Of a stretch of 64,000 nt of DNA, positions 27,701 to 38,651 are shown piece by piece. Numbering within the stretch: the first letter of the stretch is position 1; every line of letters starts with the position of its first letter. The DNA is from Phoronis australis (taxonomy: Eukaryota > Animalia > Phoronida): positions 341,612 through 405,611 of the forward strand of contig NMRA01000103.1 of assembly GCA_002633005.1 (NCBI GenBank), read 5' to 3'. The position numbers were made by a program, and so were the translations under genes. The notes under the pieces were generated by a model, which was not told the origin of the DNA, ran no database searches, and saw only the letters and a list, made by a program, of their open reading frames with translations.

Positions 27701-30700
27701 GCTCGGAGCCCGATCAGGCCCGTCGCCGCGGCCGGCCGGATTGACTTATCCCGGCCAGTGGCTCAGACATCACGAACATAAACCAGCCAAAGTTCAGTGG
27801 ACACTAAACTTCCAGTTGAGAAAATACTATACTAGTGAGCCAATGTAATGTGCACGTGATTATGTTGGCGAATTAGCCACGAAACTGCAAATCTGCTTAC
27901 TCGTCGGGGTCCGCAAATTCAGGTTAACGTTCCGCTTTGGCCACAGCACTGTCAGGGCAGAAGTTGTACATTGACAATCATTATTTGATTAATGTAAATT
28001 TAAATAAAGATTCCCCTAACACCTGGCCCTGGGATGGAAATCGAGTTGTTTCACAACAGTTTCTGCTAGCAAACACTAAATTAGCATGATCTCACGCGGC
28101 CTCGGTGTCCCGTCAATCATGCACCTAAAGCCCGGGTAACGACGGTGGCTTCTCAAATCATTTGCACTCACGAACATTCCAAAGACATTACAAATTGCAT
28201 CTATTGAGACAGACTTTGTTTCAATTTTATATAAGTATTGGTTAGGGTGAGAATTCATTTTGAAACAGAACGCTCAGTAATAAACGCCAACATGGCAACT
28301 CGCAATCCCGACTTAGGACGAGCTAGAGCTCATCAGGCCCGACTTCGCAGGTGGATCGTTAAGTACAGGCTATCAATTCGAACAGGAATACAGTGATGAA
28401 GAAATGCTAAAGAGGCGCCGTGAACAAGCTCAGACAACGGAACGTATGGAGTTATTTGGTAAGCCGGCATTCGTCAGGCATTGTCGACGTCTGCAGGCCA
28501 CAGTCACGGAGATGTTTCACGGCCTCATACTTGCTATTTACAGCGTACATATCATTCTTCACTACCATGAGCCATTTACTCGTAAGCATTTCGGACTCTC
28601 GAGGAAGAAAAAAAAACGATATACCCGCTTTCCTCGCAACTGCTTAGTTCGGACAAGCGGGAACGATGCACCGCAACATAGCGGCACTCACTCTGCATAT
28701 GAACCACTGACGTCGCTAGCGTCGTTTCTCACCTTCTTCACAGGTTAACGCGACACCTCTTGGCAAGGTAAGGTCGACTGTATGCGAGGCGACGTGGATA
28801 TAGATCGATTAAGACGGCAAAAAAGACTATTAATTAAATCGGGTGGCATTCTCCTCGTCCTAATCGATTCACATATTAATGTGCGTGGTTTAGCCGCGCT
28901 GCTAAGGAAAACATAATTTCTCTTATAATGCTTCCATTTTAAAAATTCAAAGACGGCTGCGCTTTATTTTCCAATTTTAAAAACATTCATGTTGGTCCTT
29001 TGCCTTACTTATTGTTCGGTTTTTGACTTCGAAATTAAACTCTACACGCTAAACTGGCACGTTGATTTACAAGCGCCATTATCTCCTCCAATACACGTTT
29101 AGCTAACCCCATGGATAACCACTAGTTCGCTTCAATCCATGAAGGCTCCATCGAGCTTTCGATGTGCCGAGGAATTCGCTGGATACTCTGGGGGTAAACA
29201 GTGCACGTTTTGTCTTCCACTTACGTGCAAATCCCGTTAGCGTAAGACTTGCCTAATGGTGATAATAACATGGTAAACTAGTGTCCACCAATTTTACTGG
29301 AAGTGTAAAGCCTTTGAAAAGAAGAAGCCTAAATTTTCCATAGATTTACGAAGTGTAACTCTGAATTACCGTGGTCTGGTTCAGTCCAGTAAAGGAGGCG
29401 GTTTTTGCGATCTAGAGTCATGGCTGAAGGTGCCCATAAGTGACGAATTACGATCACCGTCCGATTGTCTCCGGAGAGAGTGGCGCGCTCCACTTTAGGA
29501 ACCGCTCCGATATCACACCAGAAGATATACCTGTGTGGTGAAAAGCATGAGAATGCAATGGAGGGTTTCTGATTAAAAAGATGGGTCTTTGGGAGCTACA
29601 ATGAACAATTGTCACTTGTGAAAGTTAGATCGTGTGGACAGGCTGTCGACATTTTGCAGGGAATTTCCACAGAAACTTGAGGATAGTCGTTTAAGAACCA
29701 ATTCTGCACGTTGGATGATCAATTCCGCGCGTTGAATAAGTACAGAAAGATAATAACCAATTGCCGCGTTGATTAAAGAGGCATAGAACGTGAAAATGCG
29801 TTAAGAATGCCTTTTAAACAGATCGTGGAGAATCTACTTTTTGGGGATGCTAACATGAGAATTATTGACTTTGAATGTTTTAAGAATTTCTAGAAAAAAT
29901 CGTCAGATACACTATTTTTGAAACACTGACGAAACGAAAACTCTTTCATCTTTTCAAATTCTCTGCGCATGCGCTCAAAGAAATCGAACTGGCTGCGGCT
30001 TAGAATCAACATCGAGGGTCAAATGTCACATTTTGCATATAAGGGAAATGTGCTACGTCTACATGTATGTCTTGCCATACCAAATAAGGAGACGTGCTTT
30101 GCCGTGTAGGAAAAAACTTGACAAACAGCCAAACAGTTGACAGATCATAATTTTGAAACTAAAGTAAAAAGATTTTGACATCAACAGAAATGTCAAATCT
30201 TTACGAACGTCTGTTTCGGTGACAGAAACCCGTTGTGAATAACGCAATTCAGTCTGTCTTTTCTACGTTCTATGCCACTTTAATCAACTGCGCTCGTTAA
30301 ATAAGCACGTTTCAAGGAACAGAACGATACTTGTTTAAGAACCCTTTGGAGCACGCGCCTCCTTTCGCATACAGGTAGGTGGGTCGAAATACTCCCACAC
30401 AGTAAGCGTATAGATTGTAACACTTGCGCTTAATTAGGCGCTAAAACGGGAGGCACGCTTACGTTTTGAGTACTTCATGGGTCTTCATCTAGGAAGGGAG
30501 AGTTTTGTTGGCTTCTTTGATGTCCAAATTAAAACATGTAGACCTCTTTAATAATTACACATCAAACACGTTGCAAAGTCAAAAACATTAGATAGTGCCT
30601 CAAAAACCAGTGAATATTTTCTTGCTCAGTTATGGATGTAAACCATACGCGTACATTTCTACATTTGTCGTTTACTATTCGTTGCATGCTTTCATTTTTA

Positions 30701-33700
30701 TAGTTTCCCTAACAATGGTTTATAATACTTTAGATACAAACCGACATCTTCTAACTTAGCGCACATACTATTTTAAAAACTTTCTGCCTGTTTTTGCTCG
30801 AGTGTTCTGCATATAGGCCGGGCGCGTAGGCACATTTAGTGGAACCTGCTAATACCTTGACTGAGGGTCAACATTTACGTAGGAGGGTTGTTCTAATTCC
30901 GTATCGGCAACGATTCGATAATGTGCTGGCGTGTATTTTATGGCTGCCATCACAACCCAGTTGTATGCTGAGTCCGACCAGTAAATGTTCCTAGACAACC
31001 AGTCGATGGCAAGGCCAGTGACTGCTGGCGAAATCCCCTGGAAAAAACATGCAGACTGATGCTTGGTGGCAGTGATTTCCCTTCGCTTGATGTCGCTCCA
31101 GAACGTAATACTTGTGATGGGGTCCACAACTAAATGGAACCCAGCTGTCCCGCTAAGGGCGTCTCCTGTTGGTGGTGTCAGACGGAGAGTAGTCGGAGAT
31201 TGTGAGCCGTTTGTCCATTGTAGTGGGTCGCCGTACAACGTGAATACACGGGTGATGTTGCTCTGGGTTTCGAGCCACGACAGAACAACTTCCTCAGGTG
31301 TACCTGGAAATACATCAAGGTAGATTGCAGAAACGCTAGGATCTAAGACCTCGCTAAAATCTAACCCAAATCACGCATTCTCGTCTAAAATACATGGCAA
31401 TATCTAACCTAATCTCGCAATATCTTGCTTTTTAGCGAGGCCCTACCATAAACTATGTTCTGGTGTCGGTTAAAAAAAATCAAATTTCTTAACACGGACA
31501 AAAGAAACTCCCACACGTATGTCTGCGACAACTAATTCTCGTCCTTGAATGTCAAATCTCATTAGCTTCAGCTACGCTTTGTTGGTCAGTAACAAACTCC
31601 GTGGATCTGTGCTGCACATTTGTGAATAACACGGGTGAGGTCCATAATAACTGACTTAAGGTTTTTGCCAGAAATTATGTAGTCTTGCGCTCCCGCTCCA
31701 TAGATTTGGTGATGCAATACTTAGCACACTACTGTTGGAAATAATGGGTCTTTTTCTCAATAAGTAGCAGTTGTGGCATATTATCAGATGCGTTGTACTT
31801 TTGCTAATTTAGTGAATTTTAATTATTTTAGAAATAAATATGTGGCGTTCAAGGTCAAATATCTGTCTGGAGTCTTGAGTCACTTTAATGAAACAGCCAA
31901 TGCATAGACAGAGATTAACAAAATTCCGTAAGTAATTGGTGTAATTGGATGTGGAATGTAACATTTCACCCCTTCCCGACGGTTCATAAGGACAAAAGAC
32001 GCCGAAGTCCGTAGGCGTGCTCACAGCGCCACCGTTGTACAATCAATACAATCTTAATTAAATCAGTTTTTGGCCACATTAAGATAAAAACCGGACGATC
32101 GCCGTACAAATAAAGAAGTTCAAGTTAAATTAACGTTTCGTCTATTCACTAGACATCATCAGGATCATATTTACAAAAATTTAGGACAACAAGTGCCAAC
32201 ATGCAGCTCAGGTAACATCCATAAAGTGGAGAGAGAGATACAGGAAATATAGTCAGTAGCTGGTCATCACCAACTAGAAACGTTGATTTAACATGAACAT
32301 TTTTATTTGTGCGGTGATCGTCCGGTTTTCAATTGACTCGCTGGTTCCCTGCGTGCCTTGCCAGCACGCAGGTATCACTCAGTGGCACGCGCTTTAGCAT
32401 TGGTTGATGTAGCCTCAGCAGTCATTGGTTAGCTTTACCACACCGTGAAAAAATGGCGAGGGGAATGGAAAAGCCTACATACAAACTCGCTGGTTCCATG
32501 CCTGCCGCTAAGTGGTTGCGGTAGCCAGCACGCAGGTATCACTTAATTTTCCTCTGGAATTATTATACACCGGCGTTTCTGATTGGCTAGTCGAATTCTC
32601 AACTGAACAGGCAGCGATTTACGCAAACAAACTGGCATAACTGATGGACTGAAGTGTAAATGTGGTCTGTTGTACAGACAAATCGGTGCTTAAAATTCAT
32701 GTTCAGGAAATGTAAATCCCAGAAATTGTGGTTGCGCCTTTTCAGAGTGCGACCTTTCTACTATAGAGGACTTTTGTTTACGATACTGTCCTGTATTCAT
32801 ACAGTATGAATAGCACACCGGTTCGGCCAGATATGTGTTTATTGTACATGTATGTGCTTCAAGCACGCGGCTATTAAACAACGCTGCAGAAACAAAATAG
32901 TCGCTGCGACGCTTCGTTGCATGACGGCTAAAAATGGTTCGCAGTCAGCCATTTTTCACGGTGTTGTAAAGCTAACCAATGACTGCAGAGGTTACATCAA
33001 CCAATGCTAAAGCGCGTGCCACTGAGTGATACCTGCGTGCTGGCTAAGCTCGTTGGGAACCAGAGAGACACTGATACAAAGGGCATACTAACAACTGAGA
33101 AATGGCATCCTCTCTCAATAGGTCTCCTCTCGCAATAAGGGCATATCCCTCCTCTTTTGGAATTTTAATTAGCTACCATCCCATCTCAGTCTTCAGCGAG
33201 GGATTAGCACGGCAAAATCGCCCTAGCGTTTTTCTCAGAGAATAGTACACAATAGTACAAACATAACTTATGCTCTAACATCAGAGTCGGCTTGAGTAAT
33301 CTATATTCATCTAATTTGCTTAATAATGATACACTTTCATGCCACATCCGAGTCAGTCAATGCCATTACAGCGCTGTTTAAAACGTTTAAAAATGCACTC
33401 TCATCTACATGTACAACTCCTAGGGAGCACCAAACAATTCCAAAACCATGCGAAAATAAAATATTTTTTAACTTTAAGTGCCCAAAAGTCTTTACCTCCT
33501 TCAGCCATCTTGTATTGATATGAATAATACACATATCGTGCCTATTCTCAAAACATTTCAAAAACTTAAACCAAAATTTTATCATTTTTAATAATCTGTG
33601 TCAGTGTCCTAATCGTTCTTCCCAATTCACCGCTGGTCAACGTTGGGTGTCGTTCTTAGTAAATGCAACACAAATTTACTAAATTCACTGTGCATAACTT

Positions 33701-36084
33701 CAATAATGTCGCGCATGTGGTGACACCATAGTTCTGTTCTACTCTGAGAGAACAGTAGGTGCTACCTAATAGTCAAATAATATGAGCCACATCTCAACTG
33801 GTATGTAGATAATATAGTAAGTGCTGTGGATGCTTCTTCTGTAAAAGTTTTTTGAGCACTTGTCCATGTCTCATTAGATGTAAATTTAATACCAAGATTC
33901 ACACTTCTGATGTGGATAGGATTCCCTAAATTGGCCACTTGAGTCTGAGATACCCTCCATTTCTGAATATAATAACCTTTTTTCTTTGACAACTTAACTG
34001 ATAAATGCCACATCTGCTAATGTTTTATCATACGTGTAAGTTGATAGCTTATTCAGCAAGTAGATACCAAGCCGTCGGCAAACAACAAATGAGTACAAAT
34101 TTAACATACCGACAGTGACACTACAAACTAGATTCTTTAAGAAACATGTTTATAGATCATCGATGAAAAGTAAACAAAAAGGATACAAAGGACAACCTTG
34201 TCTCAACAATACAACTATCTTATTCAGTCCGTATTCTAAATGACCCTGATTTCAGAGCCCTGATATCAATCTTTCCTTTGTTAATTGTCAGGTCCAGTCT
34301 TTTGTCCGAATGTCACGACACAAACGCCAATTATCTACCACGATGAGTGAATACCATTAAGGTAAACAATGTATCACCTGTCGTGATATCAAGTGAAGTT
34401 AACCAGCATTGTTTCCCTAGGTCTCTTGGAGTGCAATAATATCGAACTCTTGAAAATATTTTTTAATTTCTAAAAGCTCTAATTTTTTCTTCAGTCCGTT
34501 AACATTCCGTGCATTCGGCTAACATTGCTTGTACTTGCAGCGTTTACCTTTGGGCGAAATGAGCCTTGACCTGTTTGTATTGATGGTTATTGCGGCTATA
34601 TGCTGTGCATTCGACGATATCACCCGTAGCCATACCATAATAGTATTTCTTTTTGTTTAATAACCAGTTTAACATAGTTTACAGAAGCTGGTTGTGATTC
34701 ATTTATGGCACGAATTAAAGATTTCTGCTAGGTTCCTTCACTTGCTGGGAGAAATACTACCTAGTGACTCGAGTCTGTTCTCCCCGAACCTTTAAATTTC
34801 GTCTGGTCCAGCACCGTTTCCGAGTCTTTGAAGCAAATGTACTCGACTAATGAGACGATTAGCATTCTTGGGTCTAATCAGACGGTGGGCGCGTTCAATG
34901 ACCACGTCTTTGGCATCGGTAATGTCCAGCTTGTCTCTCATTAACTGCCTAATGTTATCTTCAAACATCAGCCCACGATTCGATGTTTTACTCATTAATA
35001 CTGTCGTTTGCTAGACCATCTACACGTAAGCCGTGTACAATAACATTTACTTATTTACCTCTAGATAGTCTGCTTTAACCTGGCCTTCCTGTGTTCTCAT
35101 TCTGCAGCATACCAAACTGTTGTGTGCTAACACAACCAAACACGGAGTTTGGTCGTGTTTTGACAACCGTCCACGCTGGCAAACTAGCTCTGACAAAACG
35201 TTTTACGGCAAACTCCGACATACTGTTTGGCGGAGTTTGACTGTACTTTTCAAATTTAAGTTGACAAAGAACTAGTTCTACTGGGTGCGTCAGCACTAAT
35301 ACATGTATTTGCTGTGTCCGAGGGGCACCCTCGTCGTCGCCGCCGACTAAACAATACGCGTCGCAAACCATGAACCAAGAAATGACCAAACTTAAGCAAA
35401 CTATATGGTCTCGTTTGAGAACCCTTACATTGTTTTCAAACTGGACCAAACTCGAGTTTGGTCGTGTTTGCAAACAAAAGCTTTCCAATGTGGACGGGCA
35501 TTAAATTATGTTTGCGTTTTCATTCGTACACCCTTTTTCATGAAAATCCTGAAAGTCACAATTTAATAGCCCCTAATGCAAACTTGGAACATTTTAAAAA
35601 CAATTCCTCACAAGATTTTTGGATAATAGTGCATGAAGCATAGAATTCGCAAATTTCGTATTAATCCGACAAGTCTTTTCGCAGGCATGATGTTCCGAAC
35701 TTAGTCAAATTTAGGGTCCTACATAACCTAATCAAGTTGCAAAACTAAAGACGTGAACGCCTACAGATGTTTGCCTATAACCAAACCATAACTCGCAAGC
35801 ATCATTCCATAGTAAATGCGGTGATGGATAATGACCCTATAGGAGCATCGGACTAAATACGCGCATGTTCACGAAAGGACGTTTTCGATCAGTTAACATC
35901 AATCAGCATTTTAAAAGTACCCAGCGTAAACATATCCAGAAATCGTTTTCTGTACTGGATTCGTGGTGTGTCTAGAAGTAACGTAATACTAAAACTTACC
36001 TGTGGTGGTTGTGCAAACGATGCAAGTCGACACCAGAACGAAAAAACGGAGAAACACCGCTGCGCCAATCGATGTCGCACACAT
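12147..36084 (-). CDS. LDL-receptor-related (LRP4/5/6-like) single-pass receptor: signal peptide, YWTD propeller-EGF x2, third YWTD propeller, TM helix, Ser/Arg-rich tail; about 1116 aa
   Basis: Seventeen GT-AG exons join with matching phases and total 3351 nt including the stop. YWTD-type motifs include FWSD, IYWSD, IFWCD, LYWTE, LYWTN, LFWSD, IYWTD, FYTD and LYWTD. Two 6-Cys EGF exons. TM segment ILIICCSLIAGAVVLICVSISVAI followed by KWSRR. Confidence 0.9.
14502..14617 (-). CDS. LRP-like exon 16
   Basis: VIYKVHYKTK...FARPNDIVV; last propeller strand, phases 2/1. Confidence 0.8.
15278..15437 (-). CDS. LRP-like exon 15
   Basis: RLYWTDGFLGTISSVTLDG...QPFGLFLHGQWLYFGDW. Confidence 0.9.
16248..16547 (-). 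CDS. LRP-like exon 14
   Basis: PSGLTADFDKDALFYTD...PNGLAVDYH. Confidence 0.9.
17057..17296 (-). CDS. LRP-like exon 13 (start of propeller 3)
   Basis: VVAVEYDVRSEIIYWTDVQARTIKRANLNGS. Confidence 0.93.
17850..18250. mobile_element. PIF/Harbinger-like MITE (401 bp)
   Basis: TIRs ggcccggtctccaatctttttactcgaaa / tttcgagtacaaagattagagaccgggcc with 3-bp CTG on both flanks, and internal (a)ctcga repeats. A degenerate relative lies at ~37318-37610. Confidence 0.8.
18625..18741 (-). CDS. LRP-like exon 12, EGF module
   Basis: VCSRGNNGGCDHLCFPTQTGRSCLCASGYVSNNSTCTT. Confidence 0.92.
18976..19130. mobile_element. Short hAT-type non-autonomous element
   Basis: Begins caggggcggatccaggatttt and ends gccatggcccccttggcccctcctctaaatccg, termini typical of a common animal MITE class. 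Family assignment is inference. Confidence 0.5.
19639..19783 (-). CDS. LRP-like exon 11
   Basis: DYVVWATANEIHF...DVASYDTSAQPLSP; supplies the phase 0-to-1 link needed between exons 10 and 12. Confidence 0.75.
20704..20821 (-). CDS. LRP-like exon 10
   Basis: LFWSDAASGTVESYNLLTKRRTVIV... Confidence 0.85.
21072..21330. repeat. ~100-bp imperfect inverted repeat with hammerhead-like cores (possible remnant of a Penelope-like element end)
   Basis: Arms at 21072-21170 and 21232-21330; the minus arm contains CTGAAGA...GAAAC. Confidence 0.55.
21853..21984 (-). CDS. LRP-like exon 9
   Basis: SLFWITNGASPGIDMAQLDGSHHSTLLSTLQAPSDLATD; phase 2-2. Confidence 0.85.
23499..23649 (-). CDS. LRP-like exon 8
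   Basis: GLAVDWVNLHLYWTNSKLGILRVSDLDG... Confidence 0.92.
24117..24377 (-). CDS. LRP-like exon 7 (start of propeller 2)
   Basis: PPQLIYSNSSSLC...QGNIQ; phase 1-1. Confidence 0.82.
25237..25350 (-). CDS. LRP-like exon 6, EGF module
   Basis: PCSDLNCEHICINKDKNRASCYCSQGYHLRDDDRSCT; phase 1-1. Confidence 0.92.
25853..25991 (-). CDS. LRP-like exon 5
   Basis: DFVFVSEESVGAIHVFNRTN...; phases 0/1. Confidence 0.85.
26526..26632 (-). CDS. LRP-like exon 4
   Basis: TLNWVDYNGAHRRV...TGLAIFE. Confidence 0.85.
27207..28855. mobile_element. Kolobok-like non-autonomous DNA transposon (~1.65 kb)
   Basis: Left end TTAA|aggagcatgccaccc, right end gggtggcattctcct (14/15 inverted match). The right TTAA is not intact. 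Confidence 0.6.
29370..29530 (-). CDS. LRP-like exon 3
   Basis: YIFWCDIGAVPKVERATLSGDNRTVIV...LLYWTEPDH. Confidence 0.9.
29777..30279. mobile_element. Kolobok-like element, 503 bp, with TTAA target-site duplication
   Basis: TTAA|agaggcatagaacgt ... acgttctatgccact|TTAA; RR...YY termini. Confidence 0.75.
30856..31303 (-). CDS. LRP-like exon 2 (propeller 1)
   Basis: ITFWSDI...GLAIDWLSRNIYWSDS; phases 1/2. Confidence 0.9.
32087..32329. mobile_element. MITE with ~53-bp terminal inverted repeats
   Basis: aaaaccggacgatcgccgtacaaataaagaagttcaagttaaattaacgtttc is matched in inverted form at 32277-32329. Confidence 0.75.
32336..33068. mobile_element. DNA-transposon derivative with actcgctggttcc termini: ~125-bp inverted arms plus an internal third terminus at ~32485
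   Basis: 32336-32460 is the near-identical reverse complement of 32945-33068. The same termini occur on the mini-element at 57284. Confidence 0.75.
33700..35000 (-). mobile_element. Decayed, internally deleted non-LTR retrotransposon (LINE) in intron 1 of the LRP-like gene
   Basis: ORF1-like DKLDITDAKDVVIERAHRL (~34870-34940); RT remnants LRQGCPLYPFCLLFIDDL (~34150-34205) and HLLFADGLV (YADD-equivalent, ~34065-34092); stops and frameshifts. Confidence 0.75.
36000..36084 (-). CDS. LRP-like exon 1, signal peptide (MCATSIGAAVFLRFFVLVSTCIVCTTTT)
   Basis: ATG, hydrophobic stretch, G|gtaagt donor; phase 1 matches the next exon. Confidence 0.7.
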
Positions 36085-37921
36085 TAGCGTTGCTCCTTTG
36101 TTCAGCTGTCAGGCTCTGTGGATAGCGACTATCCTTCGTCACTGTCTGTTTCCAGTTCTGAAATAAAATTTCCGATATTTTCCCACCTGTTAAATCATAG
36201 TATCACTTGTCCACGAAACTCGCTGTTTGAAGCTTTTTCCTGGAGGCAGAGTTTTTAGCCAATGTGCTACAAATACCGTAGTGACAGTTTGCCAAGAGTG
36301 TTACAGACTAATCGAGAGCCGATAGCTTCCTGTTAATTGAAAATTAAGAAAAATCAATAGTCTATTCAATGCGCATATAACCAGCGCACGTTCTTTTATG
36401 TTCAGGGAAACTTGACAAAGACTGCCATGTGCCAACCATCATTGTTCTTCTACACGATGAGGGCGCTTGCACTGGCACAGCAGCCACCAGGGTGCGTTTC
36501 GTGAAACAGATTACGTGTGGGAAAAGCGACTAGATGATCACGCAACTCATGTTAAGAAATCGTCATTGCATTACACGACAAGCACGAGAGGACATCAGCT
36601 TTAATCACGAATGTCTCATTGCCCAACGATTGCCCCGCTCTCATCTATTGCTGGTGTCACCGACGTGTCCAATATTAGGCCTATGCGGCAGGCTGGCCAC
36701 CAAGCTCCAGTAAAAGGGCAAGTCTCCGCACCAAGGTTTTGAACCCTTACCACATGCCTGACCACGGAACCTTGGCCCTGGTTCTAATTTTTATACTTGA
36801 AACCGAACCTGTTTGACATTTTCTGTTATGCTTTTGGGCAATGATCTAAAGTGCCCCAAATTACTTGTTCTTGTACCTTATGGTTTACGTCATTGAATGA
36901 TGCAGTCTGAAACTAGTTTGCACCTGATGACCCCATCATTGAAGCTATGATTTCAAGTTATTACTCAAAATCTCGAGTTTTCACATGAATTTGCACCTCG
37001 ACGAAAGGTCTTCAAGTGCAAAATTGGACCAGACACTGTCTGCGAGATTCGCAATATTTTAGAGTGCACAATAATTGACAATTAGCTTGAGTTTGCACAA
37101 TAGTAGAATAAAAATTGAAAGTTTAATTTCGAGTTAGTGGAGAATACTGTACTGAGGTCCCGGGCCCGAACTCAGGCACACTCAGACACTGGCTCTTACA
37201 ATTACCACAGACATACAGAGAAACAATACATATTACGTCGAAACTGCCCTGTGTCGCACACTACGGTCACTCAAATGCAATGAAAATTGCCTTGTGGTTG
37301 GAGTCATCGGGACGTGCGGCCTAATCTTTATACTCGAAATAGAACTCGAAACTACGTCCACTGAGTGGTAGTATAACACTGTGCTCGAGTACGTTATGGT
37401 TTATGCAGATGAGTTTTTAGTACAAGTTCGGACGTTTGATGACACCACGATTTGAGCTAGAAAACCGCGTAAAAGCTTGAGATGTCGAGTAAAACTCAAC
37501 ATTTCGGCTCGAGCTTATAGCTTCAATGCCGCTGGGGTCATTAAGTGCTAACTAGAATTAGACAGTCATCCACACAAACCATTACCTGCTCGAGTAAGAA
37601 TTATAGATCAGTTACACGCCCCTAATAATAGCAATAGGCACTGGTAACACTCAAATGGATTCGCACAATCATGACTGAAAACTAGTCAGTTTTTATATTT
37701 AATAGCAAAAGTTCTGACTATAATACTTACTACTCATCTAGTCACTGAATCTACTGGCAAAATCGCAATATTCAGTGCAGTAATCGATTATGTCCATCCT
37801 TTGTTGGACTCACCCAATGATTTACCAAACAAGCTTCAGTTTAACGACACAATTTCGGTCTTTCGTAATGAAGACATTCACCTAAGACGAGACTTTGGCC
37901 ACTGAGTCATGAACGCTTGTT

Positions 37922-38651
37922 TTACCTGCAATTGTTAATATCAGATGTGTAGTTCGAACCCGGACCTAAACTGAACATTCCTCTAACCCACTGTTCCACA
38001 ACATCTTTATCAAATCTACCCAAGCAGAAGTGCAATGTATGCCTCAAGGAATCAGCTTTTTGTTCGTCACTAAAGAAGAACAATGTTATGTGTTTTACTG
38101 TATATTGATACCAAAGAATAAACACTACAGCTTGAAAATAACTCGCGTTCTTTGTTCCTGTAGGTTTTTTGTGCAGACACGTTTTTCTCCACTGTATCGC
38201 TCTATTCGTTCTTCAAATGTCAAGAGCGTGTTGTTCTTGTGATTAGGAGTTGAATTTCGACGAGAGAAAGTTGGATAAACTCGACAAATAGCTGTGGATG
38301 CGAGATGCTAAAGTTTGTCGGGCCCTCGCGACATCAATTAAAGACAGAGCGAGTAGATAAAGCAAGTCCATCGGGTTAAACTTGTACCGAATGGGATCCC
38401 CTTTCTTTTCCACGGCCATTTACCTCGACGGATTCCGACATGACCTGTGTGAAAATGTGCCTGACATCCCCAAACAATAATGTGAGTTCTAGTACATGTA
38501 CACGAGTACTCTCGGGACAAATGAGATCTCTGCCGTGTGTAATCTGAGACTGCCCCATTGAGGATATCATTTCAGGGCCCGACTTACTGTGTTGTCTACT
38601 CCAGAACTGTTGTATTTGTTTTCGGATTTTGTATGGTTCGGTCCAATCCAG
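37922..38651 (-). CDS. Candidate 3' part of an orphan spliced gene (3 exons)
   Basis: Stop-free, phase-compatible exons 38424-38651, 38147-38307 and 37922-38069. The second intron needs a GC donor (gcgagt). No recognisable domain. Confidence 0.3.

Noticed and set aside
29925-29942. CTGACGA…GAAA hammerhead-like string
   Set aside because: Only 3 nt separate the motifs, so stem II cannot form.
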